Source of the DNA: an uncultured Methanoregulaceae archaeon
Lineage (GTDB): Archaea > Halobacteriota > Methanomicrobia > Methanomicrobiales > Methanospirillaceae
Reading direction: 5' to 3'
Assembly (NCBI GenBank): GCA_963717525.1
Contig: OY970343.1
Location: forward strand, 1,568,001 to 1,632,000
DNA: 64,000 bases
In this document: positions 31,782 through 41,838 of the stretch, piece after piece
Layout of the letters: each line of letters starts with the position of its first letter
How positions within the stretch are numbered: the stretch's first letter is position 1
Notes under the pieces: generated by a model
Database searches by the model: none
The model's input: the letters and a program-made list of their open reading frames with translations, nothing else
What the model was told of the DNA's origin: nothing
Translations under genes and position numbers: made by a program

Positions 31782-31911
31782 GATCCCAGATCCGTAAGGT
31801 ATGTATTTTTTGGCATGGTGCCCTATAGCATTATCCTGTCCACCCGGCCATTCACAACTTATAAAAACTCCGGTGGGATATCTAATACGGTAAATTTAAG
31901 GCAATCCTTTT

Positions 31912-31985
31912 GGGCCCGTAGCATAGCCCGGTGGTGCGCCCGGCTGATAACCGGGAGGTCATGCGTTCGAATCGCATCGGGCCCA
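31912..31985 (+). tRNA. tRNA-Ile(GAT)
   Basis: Acceptor GGGCCCG/CGGGCCC; anticodon arm CCCGG-CTGATAA-CCGGG. Confidence 0.94.
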
Positions 31986-32097
31986 TTTTCTTATTTTTAA
32001 AAGAATTGTTGTCCTGCCCGACCAGGAAAGTGTCCGGACCGCCCTGTAACGCCGGTGTTCCTGCGGGTTTTCTGCGGAAAAATAACAGAGATTCCGG

Positions 32098-32517
32098 TCA
32101 GGCCTTGCGAGTTGTGGCAAAGATAAAGCCGATCACTTTTTCAAGAGCCGAAATTAGGTCCTCTTCAGATTTCATGTAATCGTGCATGCCCTGGTACAGC
32201 ATGAACATGATATCGTACCCGTATGTATCGATCGCGCCCTTCGGATCGATCGGATTGAGGAACGAGTCCGTGAGAAAGCCGTCGGAGCTATACATAAGTT
32301 CATAGAATATGCCCCGTTCTGAAAGGACACAGAACTGGTCGGAGATCTTTTTTGTGGGGTCGTCAGGGCGGAGGGGGGCCGGCTCGCACTTCCCAAGGAC
32401 GATCATCTTCTCGTTATAGTAATTGGGGTGGTAAAGCTCGCCTTTGGTATCCTGCTTTCCGATCTTGAGCAGTTTGAGGCCGACGGATTTGACCACCGGT
32501 TTTGCCATGACTGCCAT
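32098..32517 (-). CDS. Hypothetical protein
   Basis: 139-aa ORF with protein-like composition filling the gap. Start uncertain. Confidence 0.6.
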   Translation of the reverse strand: MAVMAKPVVKSVGLKLLKIGKQDTKGELYHPNYYNEKMIVLGKCEPAPLRPDDPTKKISDQFCVLSERGIFYELMYSSDGFLTDSFLNPIDPKGAIDTYGYDIMFMLYQGMHDYMKSEEDLISALEKVIGFIFATTRKA

Positions 32518-32698
32518 GCGCCCCAGGAGTTCGCTGTCATGGGTACTGTACCTCTTCGGATAGCCGGGCGTCCGTCTTTTTCATGTCCTCAATCTTTTCC
32601 ATTATTTTCGTAAACCCGGCTTCGATCTCATCCATAGTATATCACCATAATCCGCCAGCTGGCGTAAAACAAGAATAGTTTATGTTCCGGCTATAAAA

Positions 32699-34009
32699 TC
32701 ACTCGTCTCTGCCGGCCATCGCACTCAAAGCAGGACCCCGGGAGACGGGGCTCCCCATAAAAAAGTACTTCCGGTCTTTTTTCAGGCATACCTCTGCCTC
32801 AGTCCCGACCGGGAGGTCTTGCCCGATGACGACACCCTGGTAGGACGCGGTCCGTGCCATGACCGAGCCGGCTCGGAGTTTTTCTGTCACGACGCAGGAA
32901 ACTGTCGTTCCAAGAAGAGGGAGGTTGAGAGCGCTATACTGTTCTTCCGCATGTGCATTGAGGAGCCGGGACCGGTCTTTTTTTACCGAGTCCGGAAAGT
33001 CCTTTTTCTCGAACGGCCCGGTGAACGGCCGTTGTGAATACCTCGTGACATTGACCTTGGCAGGTTTCAGGCGCCCGACAAGGGCAAGGGACCGGGAAAA
33101 GTCCTCTTCAGTCTCCCCGGGGAACCCGACAATAAAATCCGTCGCGATGCTGATGTCGGGATACTTCCTGCGGAAGGCAGAGACGATCTCCTCAAACTCC
33201 CGCACGGTGTAATCCCTTCCCATCCGTTTAAGGATGTCATCGGAGCCCGACTGGACCGGCAGGTGAACGAACCGGAAGAGCCGGTCGCTCTCAAATGCGT
33301 CCACCAGTTCACCGAGGATGCCGCCAGCGGTCGCCGGGTTCATCATCCCGACCCGGATGCGGAAGTTTCCCGGGAGGGAACACAGGTCTGACAGGAGATC
33401 CGGGAGCGTTTGTCCGGTATCCCTCCCCCACGCGCTGGTATCCTGTGCGGTCAGCTGGATCTCGTATGCGCCTGCTTCGATGAACGTCCGAACTTTCTTT
33501 CGGATCTCCCCAGCCGGGAAACTTACAAGCTGCCCCCGCGCCGTGCGCGTGATGCAGTACGTGCATCGCCCGAGGCAGCCCTGTGCGATCTGGACGATGC
33601 CCACATGTTCCGGGGCAACGGTCTGCACAGAACGGTAGGCCTCGCGGATCGCGTCCGGGGATATGATCACCGGCGAACAGACCGCAAAGATCGCCTCGCG
33701 CTGGACAAGCGGCATGCAGCCGGTGACAAAGAGCAGTTTTTCCCGCAGGGCAGCAAGACGCCGGAGCATCCGGCGCTCCGTGGGGCCGACCACCGTGCAG
33801 GTATTAATGACGACCGCATCTGCCCGGTCCGGGGAGGGAACGCAGGTACTTCCGTACCGTTTGAGCACCTCCACGAGGTTCGCCGTGTCCCCGAAGTTGT
33901 AACGGCAGCCGTAGGTCTCGATATAGACCCGTTTTTTTGCCAGCGCGGCAAACACGTCCTTCGTATCAGGGCCGGGATCCCCGGATCTCTCTTCCATGTA
34001 TCTCTCCAT
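32699..34009 (-). CDS. tRNA methylthiotransferase, MiaB/MtaB-like radical SAM enzyme with TRAM domain
   Basis: YIETYGC, INTCTV, GCLGRCTYC (CxxxCxxC), HLPVQSGSD, TDFIVGFPGETEEDF. Confidence 0.92.
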   Translation of the reverse strand: MERYMEERSGDPGPDTKDVFAALAKKRVYIETYGCRYNFGDTANLVEVLKRYGSTCVPSPDRADAVVINTCTVVGPTERRMLRRLAALREKLLFVTGCMPLVQREAIFAVCSPVIISPDAIREAYRSVQTVAPEHVGIVQIAQGCLGRCTYCITRTARGQLVSFPAGEIRKKVRTFIEAGAYEIQLTAQDTSAWGRDTGQTLPDLLSDLCSLPGNFRIRVGMMNPATAGGILGELVDAFESDRLFRFVHLPVQSGSDDILKRMGRDYTVREFEEIVSAFRRKYPDISIATDFIVGFPGETEEDFSRSLALVGRLKPAKVNVTRYSQRPFTGPFEKKDFPDSVKKDRSRLLNAHAEEQYSALNLPLLGTTVSCVVTEKLRAGSVMARTASYQGVVIGQDLPVGTEAEVCLKKDRKYFFMGSPVSRGPALSAMAGRDE

Positions 34010-34124
34010 ATCTTTTGGACCCGGAGCAGTTAAAAGTGGTTTTCCCCGAAGATGGCGCCCCTTTTTCCTTATGGCGTTTCCCTGAGGATAACCATTAATC
34101 CATGACGCCCATAACCTGTTTACC

Positions 34125-34883
34125 ATGTTACGGATCGGGCTGCTGGGCTGCGGCAATATCGGGCATATCATCGCCCGGCACGCAGACGGGTTTGTAATCC
34201 CTGCAGTCTATGATACCATCCCCGAACGGGCCCGGGAGATCGCAGGCCTCTGCCAGGGAACGGCATACGGGGATTTTGCAGCGTTCCTGAACGCGGATAC
34301 CGGTATTGTGGTCGAAGCAGCATCAGTCGGCGCCGCACGGGCGCATGCACAAGAGATTCTCCTGCACAAAAAGAATCTCGTGATCATGAGCGTGGGGGCG
34401 CTTACCGATCCAGCGTTCAGGGATGACCTCGTGGCCATCGCACGAAGGACCGGGACAAAGATCTACGTCCCGAGCGGGGCAATATTCGGGTTGGACAACC
34501 TGAAGATCGGGCAGATCTCCCCGATCTCAAAACTGCTCCTGAAAACCACCAAAAGCCCGCAGTCGCTGGGTCTAGGCGTGACTACCCGGCAGCGGATCTT
34601 CTCCGGCAAAGCGCACGAGTGTATCAAGTCGTATCCCAAGAACGTGAATGTCTCCGTCGCCATGGGCCTTGCTGCCGGGCAGGATGCGGACGTGGAACTC
34701 TGGGTGGATCCTGCAGCGGACAAGAACGTCCACGAACTCTTCATCGAGGGAGATTTCGGCGAAACCTATATCAGGGTGACCAACGTGCCCAGTCCTGAGA
34801 ACCCGGCGACCAGTTACCTTGCGGCACTCTCCATCCTGTCGCTCCTGAAAAATATCGACAGCCCGCTGGTTATCGGGACATGA
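34125..34883 (+). CDS. nadX: L-aspartate dehydrogenase
   Basis: GLLGCGNIG, VVEAAS, MSVGAL, PSGAIFGLD, PKNVNV, PENPATSYLAALS. Confidence 0.93.
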   Translation: MLRIGLLGCGNIGHIIARHADGFVIPAVYDTIPERAREIAGLCQGTAYGDFAAFLNADTGIVVEAASVGAARAHAQEILLHKKNLVIMSVGALTDPAFRDDLVAIARRTGTKIYVPSGAIFGLDNLKIGQISPISKLLLKTTKSPQSLGLGVTTRQRIFSGKAHECIKSYPKNVNVSVAMGLAAGQDADVELWVDPAADKNVHELFIEGDFGETYIRVTNVPSPENPATSYLAALSILSLLKNIDSPLVIGT

Positions 34884-34902
34884 GAGGGAAAGGGGATCCG
34901 CC

Positions 34903-35733
34903 ATGGTACCTTTGGAATACCTGCTCAGATTCATTGATGAGGACGCACCTTCAGGTGACCTGACTTCAGAATCCATCATTCCCGAAGTGTCCTGCCGTGC
35001 GGTTATCCGGGCCGAGCAGGACGGTGTCGCTGCAGGACTTGAAGAAGCCGGGGCACTCTTTTCCTATTTCAGGGTGGACGTGCGGCAGGAGATCGGCGAC
35101 GGCAAGACGGTAAAGGCCGGGGACGTCCTCCTCTCGCTCTCGGGCCCGGCAAAGAAGATCCTCCTTGTGGAACGTACCGCGCTCAACATCATCGGCAGGA
35201 TGAGCGGGATTGCCACGCAGACAAGAACCATGGCAGACCTGGTGCGGGCTGAAAATCCCCGCTGCCGGGTGGCAGGGACGCGCAAGACCTGCCCGGGCCT
35301 GCGGGAGCTGGACAAAAAAGCGGTTGTTCTGGGTGGAGGCGATCCCCACCGGTCGGGCCTGAGCGATGGCGTGCTAATCAAGGACAACCACCTTGTTCTG
35401 GTGCCGGTCAACGAAGCGATCGCGCGGGCAAAGGCGGCAGGCGCCTGCCGGAAGATTGAGATCGAGGTGGAGACCGCCGGAGACGCCGTTGCGGCCGCAC
35501 GGGCAGGCGCCGATATCCTGCTGTTCGATAACATGACTCCTGACAGTGTCCGGAAAACCATCGGCAATCTCAAGGAAGCCGGGCTCCGGGACCGGGTCAC
35601 CATCGAACTCTCGGGGGGCATTACTGCAGGAACCATCAGGGAGTACGCGCAGACCGGCGCCGACCTGATCAGCCTTGGCGCACTCACCCATACGGTCAGG
35701 AATTTTTCGGTAACGCTGGAGATCCTGGAGTAG
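34903..35733 (+). CDS. nadC: Nicotinate-nucleotide pyrophosphorylase (QPRTase)
   Basis: ERTALN...MSGIAT, TRKTCPG, HRSGLSDGVLIKDNH, EIEVE, DNM, SGGI. Confidence 0.95.
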   Translation: MVPLEYLLRFIDEDAPSGDLTSESIIPEVSCRAVIRAEQDGVAAGLEEAGALFSYFRVDVRQEIGDGKTVKAGDVLLSLSGPAKKILLVERTALNIIGRMSGIATQTRTMADLVRAENPRCRVAGTRKTCPGLRELDKKAVVLGGGDPHRSGLSDGVLIKDNHLVLVPVNEAIARAKAAGACRKIEIEVETAGDAVAAARAGADILLFDNMTPDSVRKTIGNLKEAGLRDRVTIELSGGITAGTIREYAQTGADLISLGALTHTVRNFSVTLEILE

Positions 35734-35808
35734 TCTTTTTTTCCGATGGATACCGGAAGCATGCGATCCAGCATGCTGAAACCCACGTCAAAATGTTAAT
35801 TACCCCTT

Positions 35809-36402
35809 ATGGCATACGGTGGGCCTGAGGAGCACGGGATGGAAAATCCAGGGGCACCCGCAGTGGTACCGCTTCAGGAAGAGCCACCGACACCGGAAGA
35901 GTTAGCCGCGCGTGAAGAGAACCGCAGGCTGCGGGTACAGGAATATATCCGGCTGCTCAAAAGCGAATATCTTCATTTTCGCTGGCATGCGGCGGAGGCG
36001 CTCGGTGAGGAAGAGGATCCGGCAGCGATCGGGCCGCTTATCGAGGCACTCAGGGACCCGTACGTGGATGTTGCATGGCTTGCGGCAAAATCGCTGGGGA
36101 TGATCGGGGATCTCCGGGCGGTCGAACCTCTCCTTGCACTCCTGGCATCCAATGAAAAATGGCTCCGTACAGGCGCCGCGTGGGGGCTTGGAAGTCTCCG
36201 GGACAAGCGTGCAGTCGATTCTCTGATCCTGCTCCTGTCCGATCCAAAGCACGGGGTCAGGAAGACGGCCGCATGGGCACTGGGGGAGTGCGGGGATGAC
36301 CGCGCCATACCGGCACTGACTGGTGCACTCAAAGATCCCGATGCCGGTGTCCGCGCAGCGGCACAGGAAGCGCTTGACACTCTTGCGAAGACGAAACCGT
36401 AA
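35809..36402 (+). CDS. HEAT/PBS-lyase repeat protein
   Basis: Repeated 'AA.ALG..GD.RA..PLI.AL.D' units. Confidence 0.88.
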   Translation: MAYGGPEEHGMENPGAPAVVPLQEEPPTPEELAAREENRRLRVQEYIRLLKSEYLHFRWHAAEALGEEEDPAAIGPLIEALRDPYVDVAWLAAKSLGMIGDLRAVEPLLALLASNEKWLRTGAAWGLGSLRDKRAVDSLILLLSDPKHGVRKTAAWALGECGDDRAIPALTGALKDPDAGVRAAAQEALDTLAKTKP

Positions 36403-36456
36403 TCGCTGCAGCAATACAATAACAGGCGCGCATAAGCGGGCAAACAACCGGGTACG

Positions 36457-36821
36457 TTACCGGATTTCCTGGATATCATCCGCCGAGCCGATGACGATCT
36501 CTTTTTCCCCCGGTATGTCTGGACGGTCCCGTAGAGTGAAACGGTCGTCCCGCTGGCAAAGGCCTGATCACCGGCAACGGTGGCAGGAACAAAAACGGTA
36601 ACATTATTGACCGAGAGCACTACATGGCCGCCGTTTGAAAGAACAGTTACCTGGTCGATGGTGCCCGACAGGCTGACCAGCGTCCCGTCAGCCGACTGAT
36701 CGGTGTATGCCGATGCAAACGGCCCTTTCCCGATGTGGACGAGCACGATATGGGCAAGAATGACGGCAACGGCAACCGCGATCAACAGCAGGATCGCAAC
36801 CCGCTCCTGGCGGCCAAACAT
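36457..36821 (-). CDS. Small membrane-anchored OB-fold protein (apparent homopolymer frameshift near 36505)
   Basis: N-terminal TM (MFGRQERVAILLLIAVAV); GTLVSLSGTI...VSLYGTVQTYRGK. One added base gives KEIVIGSADDIQEIR*. Confidence 0.65.
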
Positions 36822-36861
36822 ACGTGATGGTTGAAACCGGGGATATAAATTACCGACAGGT

Positions 36862-36889
36862 TGATATGTTAACACTGTTAACATTATCA
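36862..36889. promoter_or_regulatory. Putative operator: tandem TGTTAACA palindromes
   Basis: TGTTAACA at 36867-36874 and 36876-36883, flanked by TGATA/TATCA, immediately before a wHTH gene. Confidence 0.55.
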
Positions 36890-36891
36890 TC

Positions 36892-37137
36892 ATGTATCAG
36901 CATACCTTACCACCCTCCTCAAAGACGGTACTGGAGATACTGGGCACCGGTGGTGCCATGACCCACAAAGACCTAGTCAAGAAAAGCCGGCTCGCACCGC
37001 GGACCGTAAGATACGCCTTAAAAAAACTCAAAGAGCGTCACCTCATCATCGAGAAGTTCAACTTCCGGGATGCGCGACAGATCATCTACCAGAACAGGCC
37101 CGTTATCACCCCTGAGTCCCAACCGGCACTCGTATGA
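36892..37137 (+). CDS. Small winged-helix DNA-binding protein
   Basis: LPPSSKTVL...MTHKDL...LAPRTVRYALKKL...DARQIIY. Confidence 0.85.
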   Translation: MYQHTLPPSSKTVLEILGTGGAMTHKDLVKKSRLAPRTVRYALKKLKERHLIIEKFNFRDARQIIYQNRPVITPESQPALV

Positions 37138-37442
37138 CGAAGCACACCTGCACGCTCATGCACTGCGACAGCATGGTCAGAAACCTCCTGCCCCCCATGC
37201 GGGCGGAGATGGTATGCCGGCTTGTCAATGACCAGGGCCTCAGCCAGAGCGATGCAGCGAAGAGACTGGGTGTCACCCGCGCTGCGGTATCCCAGTACCT
37301 GAGCAGGAAGAGAGGGTACGGGGCGATTGAACTGTCCTCTGAACTCGACGCGATGATCGATCGCTGGGCGCTTGCCGTAATTACCGGAGAAAGCGACATC
37401 AATCTCTGCGATGTGTGCCAGTGCGCACTTAAAAAATTCTAA
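37134..37442 (+). CDS. HTH transcriptional regulator with Cys motifs
   Basis: LLPPMRAEM...GLSQSDAAKRLGVTRAAVSQYLSRKRG; C-terminal CDVC; ATGA overlap with the previous gene. Confidence 0.85.
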   Translation: MTKHTCTLMHCDSMVRNLLPPMRAEMVCRLVNDQGLSQSDAAKRLGVTRAAVSQYLSRKRGYGAIELSSELDAMIDRWALAVITGESDINLCDVCQCALKKF

Positions 37443-37547
37443 AAAATCTCCAATGGCACTCGGCCACTTGCCGGTTCTGACAGCCGGTTTTTGTTTTTGT
37501 GGATGTTACCGACGAGCCCCGGTGCTCCCTGATGAGATATAACCCGA

Positions 37548-39218
37548 CTACCGGATGTGCCGCCGGTAATACAGGACCATGAGCAGGCCGATAACCGTCG
37601 CAACACCGGCAATTTTCAGGTAATCCATTGAGGGTTGCGGCGAGCGCACCGCAGGGCTCCAGTCTGCATCGAATACCGCACGGAAATACACCGCCACCTC
37701 CGGCTGCTCGATGATGACGCCGGCTTCCCGGTTGAACCCGGGGGAGTTGGTGTTCCAGTTGATGCTGCTCACCAGCACCTCACGATCATCAACAATAACT
37801 CCCTTGTTATGGATTTTCTCTAAACCACTTGCTGCAAGATTGGCGCAACGCGCTTCAAGCGGCAGATGTTCGATAGCAGCGATCCGGTTGATGAGCGCCA
37901 CCATCTCATCGTTGTCCGCCTCATCTGCCGTGTTATACCAGTAGGAATCGAGGAGAATCCGTACATGCACCCCGCGCCGCGAGGCATTGATCGAGGTTGC
38001 GAGGTAGGGGTTCAGGCCGGTCTTCGATTCGTTGGTTATATACGCCTGCTGGATCTCGATACTTTCCTGTGCAGAATCCAGCAGTCCGGTGACAGCACTG
38101 CTGGTATCCGGGGCGATGACCGGCGTCACCCGCGCACCATTAAAGGTTTTAGGTGTGACCGGCGACGGATAAGGGATTACACGATATGCCTCCGCCGGCC
38201 CCTCGCTCCCATATACGGGAACAATTGCCGGACCACCGGTATCGATCAGGTACATGTCCTTAAAATACGTCGCAAGACCAGGATCTTCAAGGTAGACCCC
38301 CCACCCCCGGTTCCCGGCCTCCCCTTCCGGGGGAAAACCACTGTGCCCGAAATTTTCGCTGGTCAGGAGAACAGCTACGTCATCGAAGACTACATACTTT
38401 GCATGATCGTACCGGTACGGCGCATGCCCTCCTTCCGGTGCAGCCATCTCGTATACCGGGATCCCGCTCTGGTTCAGCCGGAAAATTGCCGCTTTTTCTT
38501 CGGCGCTGATACCGCCTACCGGACCTCCTTCGAGAAGGACTTCCACATCCACCCCGCGCTTCTCCGCACCGATCAGGGCGGCCGTGATATTGGCGCTTGA
38601 GAGTTCGTAGACATTTACCAGCACCCGGTGCTGTGCCGATGCGACCGCGCTGGAAAATATATCGAGAGAGCAGTCCGGGGAGACAAAAGCGGTAACTGTC
38701 ACATTTTCAAAAGTCACCGGTAAAAGCCGCGACTGCCCGAGCATGAGCGGCCGGGGATCCCAGACGCCGTTTTCGAGGAAATGCACCTGTCCCTGCCGGG
38801 GGCTGACATCCCCGGGCCAGCTGATCTTCTGAACGAGCCGGCTGTTCTCGTAGACCAGCAGTTCGTCACGGGAATTTGCCAGGCGCAGTGTCCCGCGGGA
38901 GATAACATCCGGCACCTGCGGGGAATGGTCCTGCCATTCAAAATCCGGGAGACTCCCGTGGGTCTTTTCAAACGCCGGTCCATCCCGTGCGACCGTCAGG
39001 GTGCCATTCATGAAAGTACCGTCAGGAAACCGGAAGCTGCCATGGTTATCGGCTATGGCAACGCCATCAAGAGACCCGATGCCTGACAGTACCACGTATT
39101 CGTCCGCATCATCGGCAAGGTAGGGATCCGGGCAGAATTCGATGATCTGTACGGCACCGCAGGATACGACGCAGAGACAGAGAAACATGAAGACGGAGAG
39201 GGAGCGTGAAAAAGACAC
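37548..39218 (-). CDS. Phospholipase D-family protein (two HKD motifs; secreted, C-terminal TM)
   Basis: HAKYVVFD...TSEN and HNKGVIVD...SSINW...NREAG. GTG start inferred. Confidence 0.88.
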   Translation of the reverse strand: MSFSRSLSVFMFLCLCVVSCGAVQIIEFCPDPYLADDADEYVVLSGIGSLDGVAIADNHGSFRFPDGTFMNGTLTVARDGPAFEKTHGSLPDFEWQDHSPQVPDVISRGTLRLANSRDELLVYENSRLVQKISWPGDVSPRQGQVHFLENGVWDPRPLMLGQSRLLPVTFENVTVTAFVSPDCSLDIFSSAVASAQHRVLVNVYELSSANITAALIGAEKRGVDVEVLLEGGPVGGISAEEKAAIFRLNQSGIPVYEMAAPEGGHAPYRYDHAKYVVFDDVAVLLTSENFGHSGFPPEGEAGNRGWGVYLEDPGLATYFKDMYLIDTGGPAIVPVYGSEGPAEAYRVIPYPSPVTPKTFNGARVTPVIAPDTSSAVTGLLDSAQESIEIQQAYITNESKTGLNPYLATSINASRRGVHVRILLDSYWYNTADEADNDEMVALINRIAAIEHLPLEARCANLAASGLEKIHNKGVIVDDREVLVSSINWNTNSPGFNREAGVIIEQPEVAVYFRAVFDADWSPAVRSPQPSMDYLKIAGVATVIGLLMVLYYRRHIR

Positions 39219-39261
39219 GGTATCTTCCCTTTTTATAATCAGGGAATATAACCCTTGGGAA

Positions 39262-39888
39262 ATGAGAGTGCAGGCACAGCACGGGAAGAACATAAAAAAG
39301 TCACCCGTCACGGTGGTGAAATTAGGCGGCAGCCTTGCACCACATGCAGGAGAGATCATCCCGGCCCTGCGATCTGCCTCCCGCCCCCTGCTGATCGTCC
39401 CGGGGGGCGGGGCATTTGCCGATGCAGTCCGGCAGTCGGGGGCAGATGAGGTTGCTGCCCACTGGATGGCGTGCGCTGCGATGGACCAGTACGGGTGGAC
39501 ACTCGCTGCCAGGGGAATAGGAACAACAACGCGGATCGCACGCCCCCGTTTTCCGTGCATCCTCCTTCCCTACTGCGCCCTGCGCAGGTACGACCCCCTG
39601 CCCCATTCATGGGACGTAACGTCCGATACCATTGCGGCATGGGTCGCCGGCAAACTCGGGGGCGACCTGCTGGTGCTCAAGTCCGTGGACGGTCTTGAAA
39701 CCGCCGGGAAACTCCTCACCTCTATAGAAAAACCCGTGGCAACCGATGTTGTCGACCCCTGTTTCATTCCCTATGTGCTCGAACACCGGATCAGGACATT
39801 TATCCTCAACGGAACCGACACCACAGGTATCTGCCGGTGGCTTCGCGGGGGGCAGGTTCGCGGGACCGGCATTGGTACAACCTTTTAA
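39262..39888 (+). CDS. Amino-acid kinase family protein, MfnE-like (methanofuran biosynthesis)
   Basis: VVKLGGSL, PGGGAFAD, AHWMA..AMDQYG, LPHSWDVTSD, KSVDG. Start uncertain. Confidence 0.8.
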   Translation: MRVQAQHGKNIKKSPVTVVKLGGSLAPHAGEIIPALRSASRPLLIVPGGGAFADAVRQSGADEVAAHWMACAAMDQYGWTLAARGIGTTTRIARPRFPCILLPYCALRRYDPLPHSWDVTSDTIAAWVAGKLGGDLLVLKSVDGLETAGKLLTSIEKPVATDVVDPCFIPYVLEHRIRTFILNGTDTTGICRWLRGGQVRGTGIGTTF

Positions 39889-39932
39889 AGGTACTAAAAG
39901 AGATACTATAGGAATCCTTACAGGAGCATGTC

Positions 39933-40094
39933 ATGTCAGATAAAAAATGTACGTCCTGCAGCGCTCCGCTTGCAGAAGAGGGCTCAACGGCTTTCGCGTG
40001 CCCCGCATGCGGCGTCGAGATCACCCGGTGCTACCGGTGCAGGGAGCAGAGTATTCCCTACGTCTGCCCGAAATGCGGATTCGGGGGACCGTGA
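39933..40094 (+). CDS. Small zinc-finger protein (DUF1610/HVO_2753-like), below the ORF-track length cutoff
   Basis: Hand translation MSDKKCTSCSAPLAEEGSTAFACPACGVEITRCYRCREQSIPYVCPKCGFGGP* has 4 CxxC; conserved position before EF-1beta. Confidence 0.9.
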   Translation: MSDKKCTSCSAPLAEEGSTAFACPACGVEITRCYRCREQSIPYVCPKCGFGGP

Positions 40095-40097
40095 GGC

Positions 40098-40355
40098 ATG
40101 GGGAGCGTAGCCGTAATCGTCAGGGTCATGCCGGAATCACCGGAAGTTGACCTCGAAAAACTCAAACGCGCACTCAAAGAGAAACTGCCCGGCATCCAGG
40201 ACATCCAGGAAGAGCCGATCGGCTTTGGGCTCAAGGCAATCAAGCTTGCCGCGATCGTCAACGATGCCGGCGGCGAAACGGATGCCATCGAGGGGAAGTT
40301 GAACAGTATCCCCGGCGTCGAGCGGGCAGAGATTGTTGAAGTAACGCTCACGTAG
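40098..40355 (+). CDS. ef1b: Elongation factor 1-beta
   Basis: RVMPESPEVDLE...EEPIGFGLKA. Confidence 0.95.
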   Translation: MGSVAVIVRVMPESPEVDLEKLKRALKEKLPGIQDIQEEPIGFGLKAIKLAAIVNDAGGETDAIEGKLNSIPGVERAEIVEVTLT

Positions 40356-40418
40356 AACCGGGATTTTTTGTATCCCTGTTCCCGCTTTTTTCCATCCGTC
40401 AGAATTTACAAAAAGAGC

Positions 40419-41414
40419 TTATACGCGGGATTTTTTCTGCCGTTTGGGGGCAGGACCTATCTCTTTTTCATTTTCCAGCTGCCCGACAATCTTGTGGATG
40501 GTTTCCCTGATCTTCTCGACGGATTCACGGTAAGCGATAACCTCGGATTCATCGATCCTGATGGTCACCGGGAACGCGCCGTTCTTGTTGATCCGGGCCG
40601 GTACGCCGATACAGACACCGCCAATACCGTGGACCTCGCTTTTCACATACGATGAAACCGTCAGGATCCGGTTCTCATCACCAAGGACGGTCTTTACCAG
40701 CGACGCGATCGCCTCGCCGGGGCCAAATACCGTGGACCCCTTGTTTTTGATGATCTGCTCACCGCTGGACTTCACGGACTGGATGAATTCCTGCACCGGC
40801 AGGTGGGCAAATGCCGGGAGGTTGGAAATCTTGATCCCGCCTATTGTTGTTGCCGACCAGAGCGGTACCATGCTCTCCCCGTGTTCGCCGATAATACGGG
40901 TGTGTACTTCGCTGACGTGCACTTTGAAATAGGTCGCGATCAGCGATTTTAACCGCATCGAATCGAGATGCGTGCCAAGGCCAAAGACCTGGTTTGGTTT
41001 CAAGCCCGAATATTTCAGGGCGACACAGGTCATCACATCAACCGGGTTTGTCACCATGATGATCTTGGTATCCGGTGCAACAGCGCCGATAGTCCGGGCT
41101 ATCGGGGCAACAATCCGCGCATTCCCGAGCGCCAGGTCAAGACGATCCTGGCCCGGTCCGCGGGGAGTGCCCGCCGAAACGACAACGATATCCGAACCGG
41201 CTGCATCCTTGAGGCTGGTTGTCCAGGTGACCCTGATATTTGTCCCCCGGGCCGCAAAGGAGTCGGCAAAGTCCTGGGCGATGCCTTTTAAAAACGCTTC
41301 ACGTCCTTCACGGCCGTACAGCAGGATCTCGTTGACGTGGGGATCGACAGAAACTGCATATGCGGCAAACATACCGACATTGCCAGTTGCACCGATGATG
41401 GTGACTTTCGACAT
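40419..41414 (-). CDS. mdh: Malate/lactate dehydrogenase family protein
   Basis: IIGATGNVG, AGTPRGPGQDRLDL, VTNPVD, LDSMR, GEHGESM. Confidence 0.9.
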   Translation of the reverse strand: MSKVTIIGATGNVGMFAAYAVSVDPHVNEILLYGREGREAFLKGIAQDFADSFAARGTNIRVTWTTSLKDAAGSDIVVVSAGTPRGPGQDRLDLALGNARIVAPIARTIGAVAPDTKIIMVTNPVDVMTCVALKYSGLKPNQVFGLGTHLDSMRLKSLIATYFKVHVSEVHTRIIGEHGESMVPLWSATTIGGIKISNLPAFAHLPVQEFIQSVKSSGEQIIKNKGSTVFGPGEAIASLVKTVLGDENRILTVSSYVKSEVHGIGGVCIGVPARINKNGAFPVTIRIDESEVIAYRESVEKIRETIHKIVGQLENEKEIGPAPKRQKKSRV

Positions 41415-41429
41415 GGTATCACAATAAGC

Positions 41430-41736
41430 GGGGACGTGTTATCGGTCGACTGTACGTTACTCCTTTTGCCAAAGTACTCATCCTCCGCCCCGTTACCCCA
41501 TGGGCGCCGGATGTCTGCGGTAAGTCTGCTCCCTTCCGGGCCTGAACCGGTACCCGCAGCGACAGGTCGCCATTCCCTCCGGAATTTTGATCCCTGGCCA
41601 TCGACCTCATGGGACGAGGTTTCAACGTCAGAATACACAGGCTCCAGCAGATCGTTGCAGCCTTCGTCAAACTTCGCCCCCCGCGTACCGACGGTTTCGG
41701 GTTACAAGTGACGCCGAGCCACCCGGGCTAGTCCCC
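41430..41736 (-). ncRNA. ffs: Archaeal SRP (7S) RNA
   Basis: Minus strand: 5' GGGGACTAGCCCGGGTGG...TGTAACCCGAAACC (Alu domain); helix 8 GGTTCAGGCCCGGAAGGGAGCAGAC; helix 6 CCC-ATGGGGTAACGGGG; 3' GTCCCC pairs with the 5' end; about 307 nt. Confidence 0.92.
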
Positions 41737-41838
41737 ATATAACTTTGTCTGCCGGTCAATAAATCCTTGTCACGCAGGGGACCAATCTCCCCGGGGGATA
41801 TCCGGAAATCCTCTTCGACTCGTCGCGGTACACGTTTT

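Noticed and set aside
28577..32700. Integrated element at tRNA-Ser or tRNA-Ile
   Set aside because: No integrase, no duplicated tRNA 3' end, and the cargo is housekeeping genes.
41430..41736. RNase P RNA or a novel ncRNA
   Set aside because: Alu-domain and helix-8 signatures identify it as SRP RNA.
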